This document shows, one piece after another, positions 49,024 through 59,303 of a DNA stretch of 64,000 bases. Position numbers and translations under genes: made by a program. This DNA is from Thainema sp. Lineage in GTDB: Bacteria > Cyanobacteriota > Cyanobacteriia > Phormidesmidales > Phormidesmidaceae. Position 1 is the first letter of the stretch; each line of letters opens with the position of its first letter. The notes under the pieces are model-generated. The model had not been told where the DNA came from. It did no database searches and worked only from the letters and a program-made list of their open reading frames with translations. The DNA lies in NCBI GenBank assembly GCA_052168235.1, contig JBQLZK010000001.1:192001-256000 (forward strand), in the 5' to 3' direction.

Positions 49024-49167
49024 GGGCTAATCCTCGCGAACTGCAAACCTATTTTATCTAGTGTAGTCGGAGAGATTCCGGATTGGGGTAGAGAATCACC
49101 GCTATTCACCCTAAACCCATCCCCTGCAATAATGGGCAGAGCATCTACTGGGTAGGGCAAGACAACT

Positions 49168-50745
49168 ATGCGGAAACCAGTCATCAACCTGCAAAAATTT
49201 GGCTGCAGCATACTGATTTTTTTTCTGATTCATCCACTGGCCAAATCTGCGATCGCACAATTTGCTCTACCAACGGAACAGTTGCCTGCAGCCATCTGCC
49301 CGGATCAGCTTGCAACGGCGATTGAGCCGATTATTCAACAACCACAGCTAGCCCGATCGCGCTGGGGGATTCTCGTTGAAACCCTAGAGGCCAATCCTGA
49401 GGATCGCCAAACGCTCTATGAATTGGAAGCCGATCGCTACTTTATTCCGGCGTCTACGGTCAAACTCATGACCACCGCTGCGGCTCTGCGTATTCTTGGC
49501 TCAGACTTTCACATTCGCACCTCGGTTTATCAAATTCCGACGCGACCCGATCAACTCAGCTATCTAGGTGCAGACGAGGCAGCCCCATCTGAATCTGAGC
49601 CAGCTATTTTGCGGGTGGTCGGTCGTGGCGATCCCAGTTTTGACTCAGCCGATTTGGCTGACTTGGCCCAACAAATCCGAGATCGCACCATTACTCATAT
49701 TGATCAGCTCCAGCTAGACGACACCTATTTTCAGGGGCTGGCCATCCATCCCAACTGGGAATGGGAGGACGTGCAGGCAGGCTATGGAACAGCAGTGAAT
49801 AGCCTGATTCTGAACGAAAATGAAGTGGTGGTGGATCTGCTGCCGCAGTCCATTGGCGAACCGCTCCGGGTGCAGTGGCGCGACCCCAACCAGGCCACCC
49901 AGTGGCAGGTTGAAAACTCCTCCACTACGGTTGCAGCAACCGAGCCAGAATTTGTGCGGGCAGGCCGCAGCTTTCAGCAGCCAATTTTGCAAATTTGGGG
50001 ACAGTTACAGGCAGGTGCGCCGTCAGAAGATGTGTCCGTTTCTGTGTTTGATCCGGTTGAGAATTTTGGACAAGGGCTGGAGCAGGCACTCGCGGAGCAA
50101 GACATCACCGTAGGCCAGATCGTGATAGTAGATGATCCAAACCTGCCGTCCAACAGCCAAGAAATTGCCGCTGTGTCATCCCCACCGCTGCGGGAACTGA
50201 TTACTACGGCGAATCAGCAAAGTAATAACCTGTTTGCCGAAGCTTTACTCCGACATCTCGGTCATTACGTCCTGGCGGCTTCCCCGACGGATTCCACTGC
50301 GGCGGGATTGGAAACTCTCGAAACGGCTTTGACCAATCTTGGGGTTGATCCGACTAGCTATGATATTGCTGATGGTTCTGGCCTCTCGCGGCATAATTTA
50401 GTCAGTCCGGCAGCGCTGGTTGAAACCCTGCAAAATATTGCGGCTTCGCCCGACGCAGAACTGTATCGTCAATCGCTCGCCGTCGCGGGAGAAAGCGGCA
50501 CGTTGCAAAATCGGCTGGCCGATAGTGCGATCGCAGGTCGGCTGTGGGGCAAATCGGGGGCCGTCAGCGGTAATATTTCCCTAGCGGGCTATCTTGAACC
50601 GCCCAATTATGACCCTCTAGCGTTTAGCATTTTGATTAACCAGTCTGATTTGCGGGGCAGCGAACTGCGTCAGGCAATTGATCAAGTGCTCCTGCAACTG
50701 GCGCGGCTGCAAGGGTGTACGGCTGAAGCTGAACCCGCAGATTAA
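49168..50745 (+). CDS. dacB: D-Ala-D-Ala carboxypeptidase/endopeptidase (PBP4, peptidase S13)
   Basis: PASTVK (SxxK), SNN (SxN), DGSGLSR, KSG. Confidence 0.93.
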   Translation: MRKPVINLQKFGCSILIFFLIHPLAKSAIAQFALPTEQLPAAICPDQLATAIEPIIQQPQLARSRWGILVETLEANPEDRQTLYELEADRYFIPASTVKLMTTAAALRILGSDFHIRTSVYQIPTRPDQLSYLGADEAAPSESEPAILRVVGRGDPSFDSADLADLAQQIRDRTITHIDQLQLDDTYFQGLAIHPNWEWEDVQAGYGTAVNSLILNENEVVVDLLPQSIGEPLRVQWRDPNQATQWQVENSSTTVAATEPEFVRAGRSFQQPILQIWGQLQAGAPSEDVSVSVFDPVENFGQGLEQALAEQDITVGQIVIVDDPNLPSNSQEIAAVSSPPLRELITTANQQSNNLFAEALLRHLGHYVLAASPTDSTAAGLETLETALTNLGVDPTSYDIADGSGLSRHNLVSPAALVETLQNIAASPDAELYRQSLAVAGESGTLQNRLADSAIAGRLWGKSGAVSGNISLAGYLEPPNYDPLAFSILINQSDLRGSELRQAIDQVLLQLARLQGCTAEAEPAD

Positions 50746-50784
50746 ACCGTTGCTGTTCTGTACGTATTCCTTACCTTATCTCCC

Positions 50785-51885
50785 ATGACGACTACCCTAC
50801 AGCAGCTACAATCCGCTGCCGGAGCTACACTTTCAACGATGGATAATCAAACGGTGCCCACCAGCTTTGGCAACGATGCTGATGCCTGGGCTGCCGTCCA
50901 GTCTGGAGTTGCGATTGCAGATCGTTCTCACTGGGGCCGTATCGAAGTGAGCGACAGCGACCGGATTCGTTTTTTGCATAACCAGTCCACCTACAATTTT
51001 CAATCGCTTCAGCCCGGTAGCGGCTGCGAGACGGTCTTTGTTACCTCCACCGCCCGAACAATTGATTTAGTCACAGCCTACGTGACGAACGAAACCGTCT
51101 GGCTGATCACCGCTCCGGGACACCACCAGAGCCTGATCGAGTTTATGGATCGCTATATCTTTTTTGCCGATAAAGTGACACTGACGGATCGCACGGGCGA
51201 CACGGCACTGTTTAGCCTCATGGGGCCACAAAGTAACGGTTTGCTCAAATCCCTGGGCATAACGCTCACCAGTGACGTAACGCATACTCATCAAACCGTT
51301 GACGTAGATGACATCTCCGTCCGAGTCGCCGTGGGCAATGGCCTAGAGCTACCTGGCTACAACCTAATTGTGGCAGCAGAGCAGGCCGCTGACCTGTGGC
51401 AGCGGTTGACCCATGCCGGAGCCGTGCCGATGGGCGACCAAGTTTGGCAGCAGTTGCGCATCGTCCAAGGTCGCCCACTGCCAGGACATGAACTCACCGA
51501 AGACTATAATCCTTTAGAAGCGAGCCTCTGGCACACGATCTCATTTGAGAAAGGCTGCTACATTGGCCAAGAAACGATTGCGCGGCTCAATACCTATCAA
51601 GGCGTAAAACTACAGCTTTGGGGCATCCAGTTCGAGAGAGATGGCGATGGCGATGGAAATGCGATCGCATCTGAACAATCCCCCATCTGGCACGACGGTC
51701 AAAAAGTCGGCCTCCTCACCAGCGTAACCCGCACACCAGACGGCATCCGCGGCCTCGCCTACATCCGCACCAAAGCCGGTGGTGTTGGCCTGACCGTCCA
51801 CGTCGGCGAAACCGCAGAATCTGCGATCGCAGGCACAATCGTCAATGTCCCCTACTTATCCCACGGTTACCTAAACCCAACTTAA
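50785..51885 (+). CDS. ygfZ: Folate-binding protein YgfZ (GcvT-like)
   Basis: RFLHNQST, ISFEKGCYIGQETIARL signature. Confidence 0.93.
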   Translation: MTTTLQQLQSAAGATLSTMDNQTVPTSFGNDADAWAAVQSGVAIADRSHWGRIEVSDSDRIRFLHNQSTYNFQSLQPGSGCETVFVTSTARTIDLVTAYVTNETVWLITAPGHHQSLIEFMDRYIFFADKVTLTDRTGDTALFSLMGPQSNGLLKSLGITLTSDVTHTHQTVDVDDISVRVAVGNGLELPGYNLIVAAEQAADLWQRLTHAGAVPMGDQVWQQLRIVQGRPLPGHELTEDYNPLEASLWHTISFEKGCYIGQETIARLNTYQGVKLQLWGIQFERDGDGDGNAIASEQSPIWHDGQKVGLLTSVTRTPDGIRGLAYIRTKAGGVGLTVHVGETAESAIAGTIVNVPYLSHGYLNPT

Positions 51886-51889
51886 ATTT

Positions 51890-51915
51890 TCCTAACCTAG
51901 CTGACTACAGCCATA
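51890..51915. repeat. Solo end of the 52489 MITE, inverted
   Basis: TCCTAACCTAGCTGACTACAGCCATA is the reverse complement of 52489-52514 with one mismatch; followed by a GTAGGGGC...CCCCTAC REP-like unit. Confidence 0.75.
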
Positions 51916-51987
51916 ACATTGTGTAGGGGCGTTAGCACATCATGCCCGAAGGCTATATGGCTATTCACCCCTACCAAACTCTGAATT

Positions 51988-52386
51988 TTACAATTCCGTT
52001 AACAGCGCATTTAGCCGACTCACCAACTGCTGTCGCTGCCCTAAACACGCCGCCTGATACGCCGCCACAATCTCAGCCACCAACCTCATCTCCACCGCAT
52101 CCACTGACGCCTGCGACGGATACGTCCAGTACAGCTCTGGATGTCGATCCGGCTGAAAAATCTGATTTGTAATGGTCTTAAACAATTCTTCATCCAGCGG
52201 TTCATCTGCCTTTAGCTGCTCACAGTAAGCCGCTGATTCCGCAGCACTCGGTTCCACCGTTTCCAACTGACTCGCACCGTTGCGATGAATACGGGTCGTA
52301 AACGCCTCCCCAGTCAGCTCAGCCATCAGTTGGCTCTTGGCCTTAAACCGAATCAAAGAGCGAGTGGGATATAAACCGCGCAACAT
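51988..52386 (-). CDS. Conserved hypothetical protein
   Basis: AAGGAG RBS, 132 aa, helical; no recognisable domain. Confidence 0.7.
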   Translation of the reverse strand: MLRGLYPTRSLIRFKAKSQLMAELTGEAFTTRIHRNGASQLETVEPSAAESAAYCEQLKADEPLDEELFKTITNQIFQPDRHPELYWTYPSQASVDAVEMRLVAEIVAAYQAACLGQRQQLVSRLNALLTEL

Positions 52387-52488
52387 GGGAACTCCTTGCT
52401 TTCGCTGTCGGAACGATTTTGGTTATTTTATGGCAAAGTGTCTCTAAGAGTACAATCAAAGTGGAAAAATCGGCATCTGTCTTGGGTT

Positions 52489-52583
52489 TATAGCTGTAGT
52501 CAGCTAGGTTAGGACACGGACATTTTTGTAGCGCGGCTGAGCAGCGCTACAAAAATGTCCTAACCAGCATGGCTACCGCTATA
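52489..52583. mobile_element. MITE-like element with TATAGC...GCTATA ends
   Basis: Imperfect terminal inverted repeats and internal GGACATTTTTGTAGCGC...GCGCTACAAAAATGTCC hairpin. Confidence 0.7.
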
Positions 52584-52649
52584 GGACTGCGAGAACTGGT
52601 ATATGTAACATTGTTAAATAACACCTTTATCTGTTACCAAATCTAGTCC

Positions 52650-53150
52650 ATGAAGAAATCGCGCCTTTTTCGTTTTCTGCTGCTCTGCCTCGTCGTTGTG
52701 GCAACGACGATGAGCTATTCTCTCCCGGCATCGGCTCAGGAGAACACGGTTGATTACACGCTGACCGATGTGCGATACCGCGATTTTTCTCACAAAAACC
52801 TAGAGGGTACGTCATTTGCGGGAGCAGAAGCCCAGGGCGCAAACTTTGAGGGCGCAAATCTGCGCGGCACCATCTTGACCAAAGCCTCATTTACAGAGGC
52901 CAATCTCAAAGACGTTGACCTGTCTGATACATTTGCCGATCGGGTTTCCTTTAACGGTGCAGATCTCACCAACGTGATTTTCACAGATGCGATCGCATCT
53001 AGTAGCACCTTTGCCGATGCCACCATCACCGGAGCCGACTTTTCCGGGGCAATTTTAGACCGAATTCAGGTGAAGTACATGTGCGATCGCGCCGATGGCA
53101 TCAATCCTGTTACAGGAATTTCCACCAAAGCCAGCTTAGGCTGTCGGTAA
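52650..53150 (+). CDS. Pentapeptide repeat protein (lumenal, TL15/TL17-like)
   Basis: Signal peptide, A(N/D)(L/F)xx repeats, C-terminal C..ADG.NP.TG.ST..SLGC. Confidence 0.92.
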   Translation: MKKSRLFRFLLLCLVVVATTMSYSLPASAQENTVDYTLTDVRYRDFSHKNLEGTSFAGAEAQGANFEGANLRGTILTKASFTEANLKDVDLSDTFADRVSFNGADLTNVIFTDAIASSSTFADATITGADFSGAILDRIQVKYMCDRADGINPVTGISTKASLGCR

Positions 53151-53186
53151 CACCACCAACAGCCTGCACGCAAATGACGCTGAGAA

Positions 53187-53215
53187 GAATTTGGTGGGCG
53201 GTGCCCACCAAATTC
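53187..53215. repeat. GGTGGGC-n3-GCCCACC REP-like hairpin / terminator
   Basis: GAATTTGGTGGGC-GGT-GCCCACCAAATTC; similar core at 61084-61100. Confidence 0.7.
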
Positions 53216-53298
53216 AATCCAGTATTTTGCTCGCTGACCCATCCTGAAAGTGCGGGCCAACCCAATTAACAGCTAGATAGCACCCTAGCTTCAAACTC

Positions 53299-53496
53299 TT
53301 ACTCGCGTCGGTTCATCTCGATTTGCAATAGGGGATAGCTAGAACTGGGCAATGAATCAACGTCAGTTGACGAAAAATAAGCAATCATTAAAAACGGCAG
53401 CGTTAAAGTTGCGAAGGCAACTAACGTTCCAACAATGTCTGCAACCTTACCGGAGTTACGTTTAGGAGGGTTATCAGACTGACTAGCAGATTCCAT
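53299..53496 (-). CDS. Small single-TM hypothetical protein (65 aa)
   Basis: ADIVGTLVAFATLTLPFLMIAYFS hydrophobic helix. Confidence 0.7.
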   Translation of the reverse strand: MESASQSDNPPKRNSGKVADIVGTLVAFATLTLPFLMIAYFSSTDVDSLPSSSYPLLQIEMNRRE

Positions 53497-53663
53497 ACTA
53501 TTGAGAATGAACCAACTACTTGAAACAAAAACGAAATAAACGCGAAATTGAAAGATGTAAGCCTAGCTTAACCCAACCTATCGGGGAGCAAACTAGACTT
53601 TATACAGAAATTTTAACGATCCCGCCTGATCAAAGTGTCGTCTAATCAACAGTTGTCATCAAA

Positions 53664-53815
53664 CACTTCATTGATCGATGACTTTGCTTATACCGCTCAT
53701 GCGGTGCATTTGACTCCTTCAAAGAGTAGCGAGAGAGCGTCTAGCCGTGCAATACGGCAATCTCTCCCTTGCGATTAAAGAATACGCCTATGACGATAAA
53801 GTGGCCAATCAGAAT
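53664..53815 (-). ncRNA. ssrS: Probable 6S RNA (cyanobacterial 6Sa)
   Basis: Minus strand folds by hand into a long irregular rod: ACTTT/AAAGT closing stem, central bubble with 3' ACCGC-ATGA-GCGGT hairpin, TTCTTTAA/TTGAAGGA and GGGAGAG/CTCTCTC stems with G-U pairs, terminal GCCGT/ACGGC loop. Blocks resemble cyanobacterial 6S as recalled; ends approximate. Confidence 0.68.
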
Positions 53816-53860
53816 GGGGTAAAACCTTGCTGAGCAAGGTTTTACCCCATTCTGATTGGC
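53804..53860. repeat. Perfect inverted repeat, 27-bp arms
   Basis: GCCAATCAGAATGGGGTAAAACCTTGC-TGA-GCAAGGTTTTACCCCATTCTGATTGGC. Confidence 0.95.
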
Positions 53861-53882
53861 TTAAAATAATGTTGGTTTGGAC

Positions 53883-55352
53883 TTAGCGGTTGATTAGCTC
53901 TCGATCGTAATTTGCCGCAACTGCCTGTCGGGCTTGCTGACGCATCAGGAAATGGCCCGCAACCAGCCAGAAAATGAGCAATCCACCTGTGATGGCCAGC
54001 GTTCCCCATAGCCCAATTGTGACAATGAGTGCCGGAGCCGCTGCGGTGAACAAGCCGCCACCCACAATCGGTTCAAAGAACAGCTGTTTATAAGCAAAGC
54101 TTTCAAATGCACCGGAGCGATTCTCAGGATCGACCATGCGCAGAAGCAAAATACCCGTAGCGGTGACGCCCATCGACTGTCCCATATCGCCAATAGCTTT
54201 TTCAAACCAGTAATCGGGAAAAATACGCGGCGCGTAATACAGCATGAACAGGATATTCCACGCAATTCCCGCCACACTGAGAATGAGAAACGTACTGATG
54301 TTGCTGCCGATCACCGTCAGCGAGATGGAAGCTAGTGCCGTCACCACCACAACGTCCAGTGCAGTACCCGCAATACTTTTCATGAATGGCTGGATGACTA
54401 AGCAGCTTAACCCCAAACGTTCCATGATGATCTGAACAATGATGCCGCCCACCAGCGCCATTGGAAACAGCGGCACATAGCTCATCACCGTGAATCCGGT
54501 TTGTCCCCAAGTGAGGGATTCAATCAGAATGAGTCCCTGCTGAATTAGCCAGCCAAAGACGATGGCAATGCCCACAAACCCAAAATTGAGGGACAGCGGA
54601 TCGATTAACAGACCGCTCATCAAACGGGCGCGTCGCTGGCGGACTTCCGGGCTATCGTCAGCATGAATCAGTTCTGGGACTTCACCGGGGTCATCAACTT
54701 CGGTCTGAAAGGCAGGGATATGGTGCTTTTTCCTAGCCCATTCGGCCAAAGCTGTACCCGCGATAATGCCAGAGACAATGCCAACGGTAGCTAAACCCAG
54801 CGCTAAATCAGGGCCATCCTCAAAGCCCAGATCCAGTAGCGTATCGGCCATACCGCCTGCGGTGCCGTGTCCGCCCTCAAAACCAATTTCAATCAGCGCT
54901 GCGGAAATTGGATTGGCTCCAAAGATAGGAATCAGAATTACCAGCGTGACCAAAATCCCGACGACATATTGTCCCCAAGCTAAAGATTGACCAAAGACGA
55001 CTTGTGGCGCAGCTTTGCGCCAAATGTCTCTAGGTTGGGGAATTGATTCGCCGAGGAATAGGGCTGCAAAAACGATATTAATGAACACGCCAGGTGATTG
55101 TGACCAGACGGTGCGAATTTCTTCAGAGAAAAAACCGCCAGCGAGCAAGGTGTCTTCACCAAATAAACCTGTAAAAATGGCTCCTAATACCTGTGGGCCG
55201 AAGATTAAAGCTAATGCACCAGCAACGATGGATTCGGGTAAGTACAGCATTTGAATCCAGCGCATTTTTTGTTTGAGATAGCGCCCTGCTAGAATCAAAA
55301 GCGCAATCCAAACAAAGGCAAATAATACATCCTTAAGCGTAAACATAATCAT
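53883..55352 (-). CDS. gltS: Sodium:glutamate symporter (GltS/ESS family)
   Basis: IEIGFEGGHGTA, GQSMGVTATG.LLL..VDP, ~12 TM helices. Confidence 0.85.
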   Translation of the reverse strand: MIMFTLKDVLFAFVWIALLILAGRYLKQKMRWIQMLYLPESIVAGALALIFGPQVLGAIFTGLFGEDTLLAGGFFSEEIRTVWSQSPGVFINIVFAALFLGESIPQPRDIWRKAAPQVVFGQSLAWGQYVVGILVTLVILIPIFGANPISAALIEIGFEGGHGTAGGMADTLLDLGFEDGPDLALGLATVGIVSGIIAGTALAEWARKKHHIPAFQTEVDDPGEVPELIHADDSPEVRQRRARLMSGLLIDPLSLNFGFVGIAIVFGWLIQQGLILIESLTWGQTGFTVMSYVPLFPMALVGGIIVQIIMERLGLSCLVIQPFMKSIAGTALDVVVVTALASISLTVIGSNISTFLILSVAGIAWNILFMLYYAPRIFPDYWFEKAIGDMGQSMGVTATGILLLRMVDPENRSGAFESFAYKQLFFEPIVGGGLFTAAAPALIVTIGLWGTLAITGGLLIFWLVAGHFLMRQQARQAVAANYDRELINR

Positions 55353-55691
55353 GAAGCGATCGCATGTCGCATTTGTGGTGTCAGATTAGAACTACAAACA
55401 TGGTGAATCTGTCATGGTGAATCGGTTGATTGCTATGTTGATTGCTGTATAGCCTGAAAATACGAGTTTTTGCCGTGATGAATTTTACAGTCTCATCAGT
55501 TGAGACCTGCCCTTAGTGAGCGCGTAACTGTACATTCAGGCTAATTTGAGCCTACAGTTGAGCCATCCGATTTGGTTGAGGGGCAGCCAATCCCGCTAGG
55601 ATACGGTTAAACTCAACTTGGGTGCGAAAGTTACATGCCAATCTCCGCTCACACACACATCAAAATCTAGAGTGCATAGGTTTTCTGCAAC

Positions 55692-56636
55692 ATGTCTGTT
55701 TCCACGGTTCTGAATCCTAGCAAGCTCATTGTGGGGTGTTGGCAACTTGATGAGCGTAGTTGGACATCCTACCCAGAGCAGGATGTCATGCGAGCTATTG
55801 ACACATACTTGGCTTTGGGAGTGACTAGCTTCGACACGGCAGATATCTACGGTCGGAGTGAGCAACTACTGGGCCGCTTTCTGAAAGGGCAAGACTGTCT
55901 AATTTACACGAAGGCTGTTTTCTTTGGCGCTGTGCCAACAGCCATGCAAATTCGCAATAAGGTTGAATCGTCTCTGCGGAATCTGCAGCGCGATCGCATT
56001 GATTGTGTGCAAATTCACTGGCACGATCCAGCAATGGATTTTGCCTCGACCTTGAATACCTATGCGGATCTGATGGAGCAAGGCAAAATTCGTCAGCTTG
56101 GCGTAACTAATTTTACGACGCCTATGCTGGAAAAAGCATTACAGTATGCGCCGATTCAAACGCATCAGGTTCAGTACAGCCTGATTGATCGGCGAGTGGA
56201 ACATTCGATGCAAGCCCTATGCCAGCAGCATGGTATTGAGCTACTAGCCTATGGGCCATTGGCGGGTGGTTATTTATCAGACAACTTTCGGGGACTGTCC
56301 TATCCACCGACGGAGCCAGATCATGGGCGCACGTTCTACTACAGCAATATGATCCGGATGCACGGCGGCTGGACAGCGGTTGTGAACCTGTTGGCCACGC
56401 TTAGCGAAGTGGCGCAGAAGTATGACAAAACGGTGGCGCAGGTAGCGTTGAACTGGGTAAGTCAACGGCCACAGGTGCAGGCGGTGATTTCCGGTTTGAC
56501 GCTGAATCGTCAGCATATCCGCGACAACGTCGAGGCAATGAATTTTCCGCTAGAGCCAGATGATCTACAGCTATTGTCCGATCGCTCCGATGCGCTGTTC
56601 AAACAGGTGGGAGATATCTACTCCTATGAACGATGA
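55692..56636 (+). CDS. Aldo/keto reductase
   Basis: GCWQL, FDTADIYG, YTK, QIHW, GVTNF, QVQYSLIDRR, YGPLAGG. Confidence 0.93.
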   Translation: MSVSTVLNPSKLIVGCWQLDERSWTSYPEQDVMRAIDTYLALGVTSFDTADIYGRSEQLLGRFLKGQDCLIYTKAVFFGAVPTAMQIRNKVESSLRNLQRDRIDCVQIHWHDPAMDFASTLNTYADLMEQGKIRQLGVTNFTTPMLEKALQYAPIQTHQVQYSLIDRRVEHSMQALCQQHGIELLAYGPLAGGYLSDNFRGLSYPPTEPDHGRTFYYSNMIRMHGGWTAVVNLLATLSEVAQKYDKTVAQVALNWVSQRPQVQAVISGLTLNRQHIRDNVEAMNFPLEPDDLQLLSDRSDALFKQVGDIYSYER

Positions 56637-56978
56637 ACGAACGATAAACAGCAAATTTTACGCCAACGAATTCCACGTCAACTTTGAACAGTAGCGTTGA
56701 ACCCAGTCTTTATCATGCTTTTTGAAGTTATTCTGCGGAACGTTAAGTTGCGATCTCACCTGCTTTTTCGATAGAAGTTGATGTAGATCCTTGCCCCATA
56801 GGACTTTGTGGCGATTGTATAGAGCTGCAAAATTGTTACAGTTCCTCAGTCAGCATTAACTCTTTTTGCAGAGATGGTCAAACTGCCTGGAAACCGCGTT
56901 ATCTGTAGCTTATAAGGCTTGTTCATCTGCTGCTGTAGCAGCGGTATGGGCAGCAAAGCATGCTATCAGAAACGTCCC

Positions 56979-57263
56979 ATGAACTGGAATTCTCAGCTAA
57001 CCAAACTGATTTTTGATTTTTATCGGGAAAACCCTGAAGAGGCCAGACAGATTCAGGGGCTAAAGCAGTGTAAACTTTCTCGACGCTGGGGCGTATTGCG
57101 AATTCGGTGCCAAAATCCTGCGATCGCACATTCCCTAGCAGCAGCCAGCGACATTTTGCTAGAACCCGTTGCACAATTACGACTGGCCAAAGAAGTGCGA
57201 TTGATTTCTGATCGATTGCTCATCGCGGCATTGCCCGTCAACACGCCTAAACTCTTCCGATAA
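56979..57263 (+). CDS. Conserved hypothetical protein (~94 aa)
   Basis: FYRENP...L..C.LSRRWGVLRIRC...L.EPVAQLRLAK; ATG 56979 chosen. Confidence 0.65.
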   Translation: MNWNSQLTKLIFDFYRENPEEARQIQGLKQCKLSRRWGVLRIRCQNPAIAHSLAAASDILLEPVAQLRLAKEVRLISDRLLIAALPVNTPKLFR

Positions 57264-57401
57264 TGGAATCAAAACGGATGGGGACATGCGATAATTCTGC
57301 CGCAGGTCATCGTTCGTTTTGGTTCAGAGTCCGTCCAAAGTACGATCACAACAATTTAATTTTTCGTAACTATAAGAGCACAGCATTCAAAAGGTGAATT
57401 T

Positions 57402-57578
57402 ATGGTTACTGAAATGACCGAACTAGAAAAGCGGCAGCGACGTGAAAAGGGTATTACATCCCCTACGTTGACTAACAAGTCTGGCGCAGACTGGGAAGCG
57501 ACGCTTGGCGCTCTGTTGGTTATCGGATTGCCGCTATTTATTGTTGCGGGTTTTTATTACGGTTTTATCAATATATAA
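57402..57578 (+). CDS. Small single-TM protein, 58 aa (absent from the ORF track)
   Basis: AAGGTG RBS; MVTEMTELEKRQRREKGITSPTLTNKSGADWEATLGALLVIGLPLFIVAGFYYGFINI; hairpin follows at 57601-57637. Confidence 0.65.
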   Translation: MVTEMTELEKRQRREKGITSPTLTNKSGADWEATLGALLVIGLPLFIVAGFYYGFINI

Positions 57579-57848
57579 GAGCGAATCAGATTCTAACTAA
57601 TTGGCGAAATGTGCGCTTAGCGCGCATATTTCGCCAAAACTGTTTTAGGGTGTTCCTGCGCTTTTCCTACGCTTTTTGTACTGGTTGGGGCAGTAAAAAA
57701 CTGTGAAAACGTTCAAATGTTTGGACGTTCAATAGCGTACTATATCAACTAAACTGGCAAAGGCCCTAACATCCTGTATCGCTTAACGCATTGCCTCTTT
57801 ACTAAATGCCTTAAGCTAGCTTCGTTGTCAGGCATTGACAGGTATGCC

Positions 57849-59303
57849 ATGAGTGATGATCCAAATCAAATTAATCAATTCAATCAATTTGAACCGTCTG
57901 AAACAACAGCAACGGCTGATCCACCAGAATCAAGCTCAACGGTGACTAATGAATCAGGTTTAGCGAAATTCTTTCACTTTGCCGAACTGCAGACGAATAC
58001 TCGCACTGAGTTATTGGCTGGAGTGACCAGCTTCATTACGATGGCGTACATTCTGGCGGTAAATCCTGCCATTTTATCCAACGCCATTTTTCTGCAAGCA
58101 TCGGGCGATCTGTTTGGTGAACTGGTGATTGCAACCGCCATTTCGGCTGCGATCGCAACATTGATCATGGGCCTATACGCCAAATTTCCCTTTGTCCTCG
58201 CTCCCGGTATGGGCGTCAACGCCTATTTTGCATTTTCAGTTGTACTGGGACTGGGAATCGACTGGCGCGTTGCCTTAGCCGCTGTTTTCATTGAGGGCTT
58301 AATCTTCATCGGCCTCACGTTTGGCAATCTGCGTGCCAAAATTGTCAATGTGATTCCAGATTGCATTAAGCACGCAACCGCAGCCGGGATTGGTCTGTTT
58401 ATCGCCTACATTGCCTTATCCGGCAGCCTCGACACGGGTGGAGCGGGAATTATCGTAGCGGATGAAGCGACTCTGACCGCTCTGGGCGATGTCGCTCAAC
58501 CGCAAACACTGATGGCGCTATTTGGTATTTTGATCACGGCAGCATTTGTGGCCCGACGAATCATTGGCGCATTGCTATGGGGCATTTTAGCCACGGCACT
58601 ACTGGGCTGGATTACTGGCATTGCGCCTTGGCCTGAGGGCATTGTCGGCCTGCCGCAGCTTCCGGTTGACTTGTTCGGTCAAGCGTTTGTCGGTCTGGGC
58701 GGCATGCTCCAGACGGATTTCTTAGAAATGTTTGCCATCGTATTTGTCTTCCTGTTCGTTGACCTATTTGACACCGTGGGTACGCTGACAGGGTTAGGCA
58801 TCCGAGCAGGCTACATTAATCAGCGGGGCGAGTTTCCTGGTGTAGACAAGGCATTTATGGCCGATGCTGTCGGTACAACCGCAGGCGCAGTTCTGGGCAC
58901 CTCGACTGTGACCACCTATATCGAGTCGGCCTCTGGAATTTCCGAAGGGGGGCGCAGTGGCTTGACGGCTGTGATTGCGGCTGGACTGTTCGCCGCTTCG
59001 ATTTTCTTTATTCCGCTGCTGTCTGGCATCCCCGGCTTTGCCACGGCTCCAGCCTTGATCATCGTTGGCGTTCTGATGGCAGGCAGTCTCAGCCATATTC
59101 GTTGGGACGATCCGGCAGAATCGATTCCGGCTTTCTTGACCATTTTGATCATGCCACTCAGCTTCTCGATTGCAGATGGACTAGCAGCAGGTTTGATCGC
59201 GTATCCGCTGATCAAGTCTTTCCAAGGCAAATTCCACGAAGTCAAGCTCGGCATGTGGATCTTAGCGGCAATTTTTGTAGTCCGTTTTCTCTTGCCCGCC
59301 TAA
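57849..59303 (+). CDS. NCS2/AzgA family purine permease
   Basis: TELLAGVTSFITMAYILAVNP, APGMG.NAYF, DLFDTVGT, YIESASG..EGGRSGLTA. Confidence 0.93.
   Translation: MSDDPNQINQFNQFEPSETTATADPPESSSTVTNESGLAKFFHFAELQTNTRTELLAGVTSFITMAYILAVNPAILSNAIFLQASGDLFGELVIATAISAAIATLIMGLYAKFPFVLAPGMGVNAYFAFSVVLGLGIDWRVALAAVFIEGLIFIGLTFGNLRAKIVNVIPDCIKHATAAGIGLFIAYIALSGSLDTGGAGIIVADEATLTALGDVAQPQTLMALFGILITAAFVARRIIGALLWGILATALLGWITGIAPWPEGIVGLPQLPVDLFGQAFVGLGGMLQTDFLEMFAIVFVFLFVDLFDTVGTLTGLGIRAGYINQRGEFPGVDKAFMADAVGTTAGAVLGTSTVTTYIESASGISEGGRSGLTAVIAAGLFAASIFFIPLLSGIPGFATAPALIIVGVLMAGSLSHIRWDDPAESIPAFLTILIMPLSFSIADGLAAGLIAYPLIKSFQGKFHEVKLGMWILAAIFVVRFLLPA

Noticed and set aside
57640..57848. Purine riboswitch upstream of the NCS2 permease
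   Set aside because: Conserved aptamer elements (ATATGG and TTTCTACC) not found.
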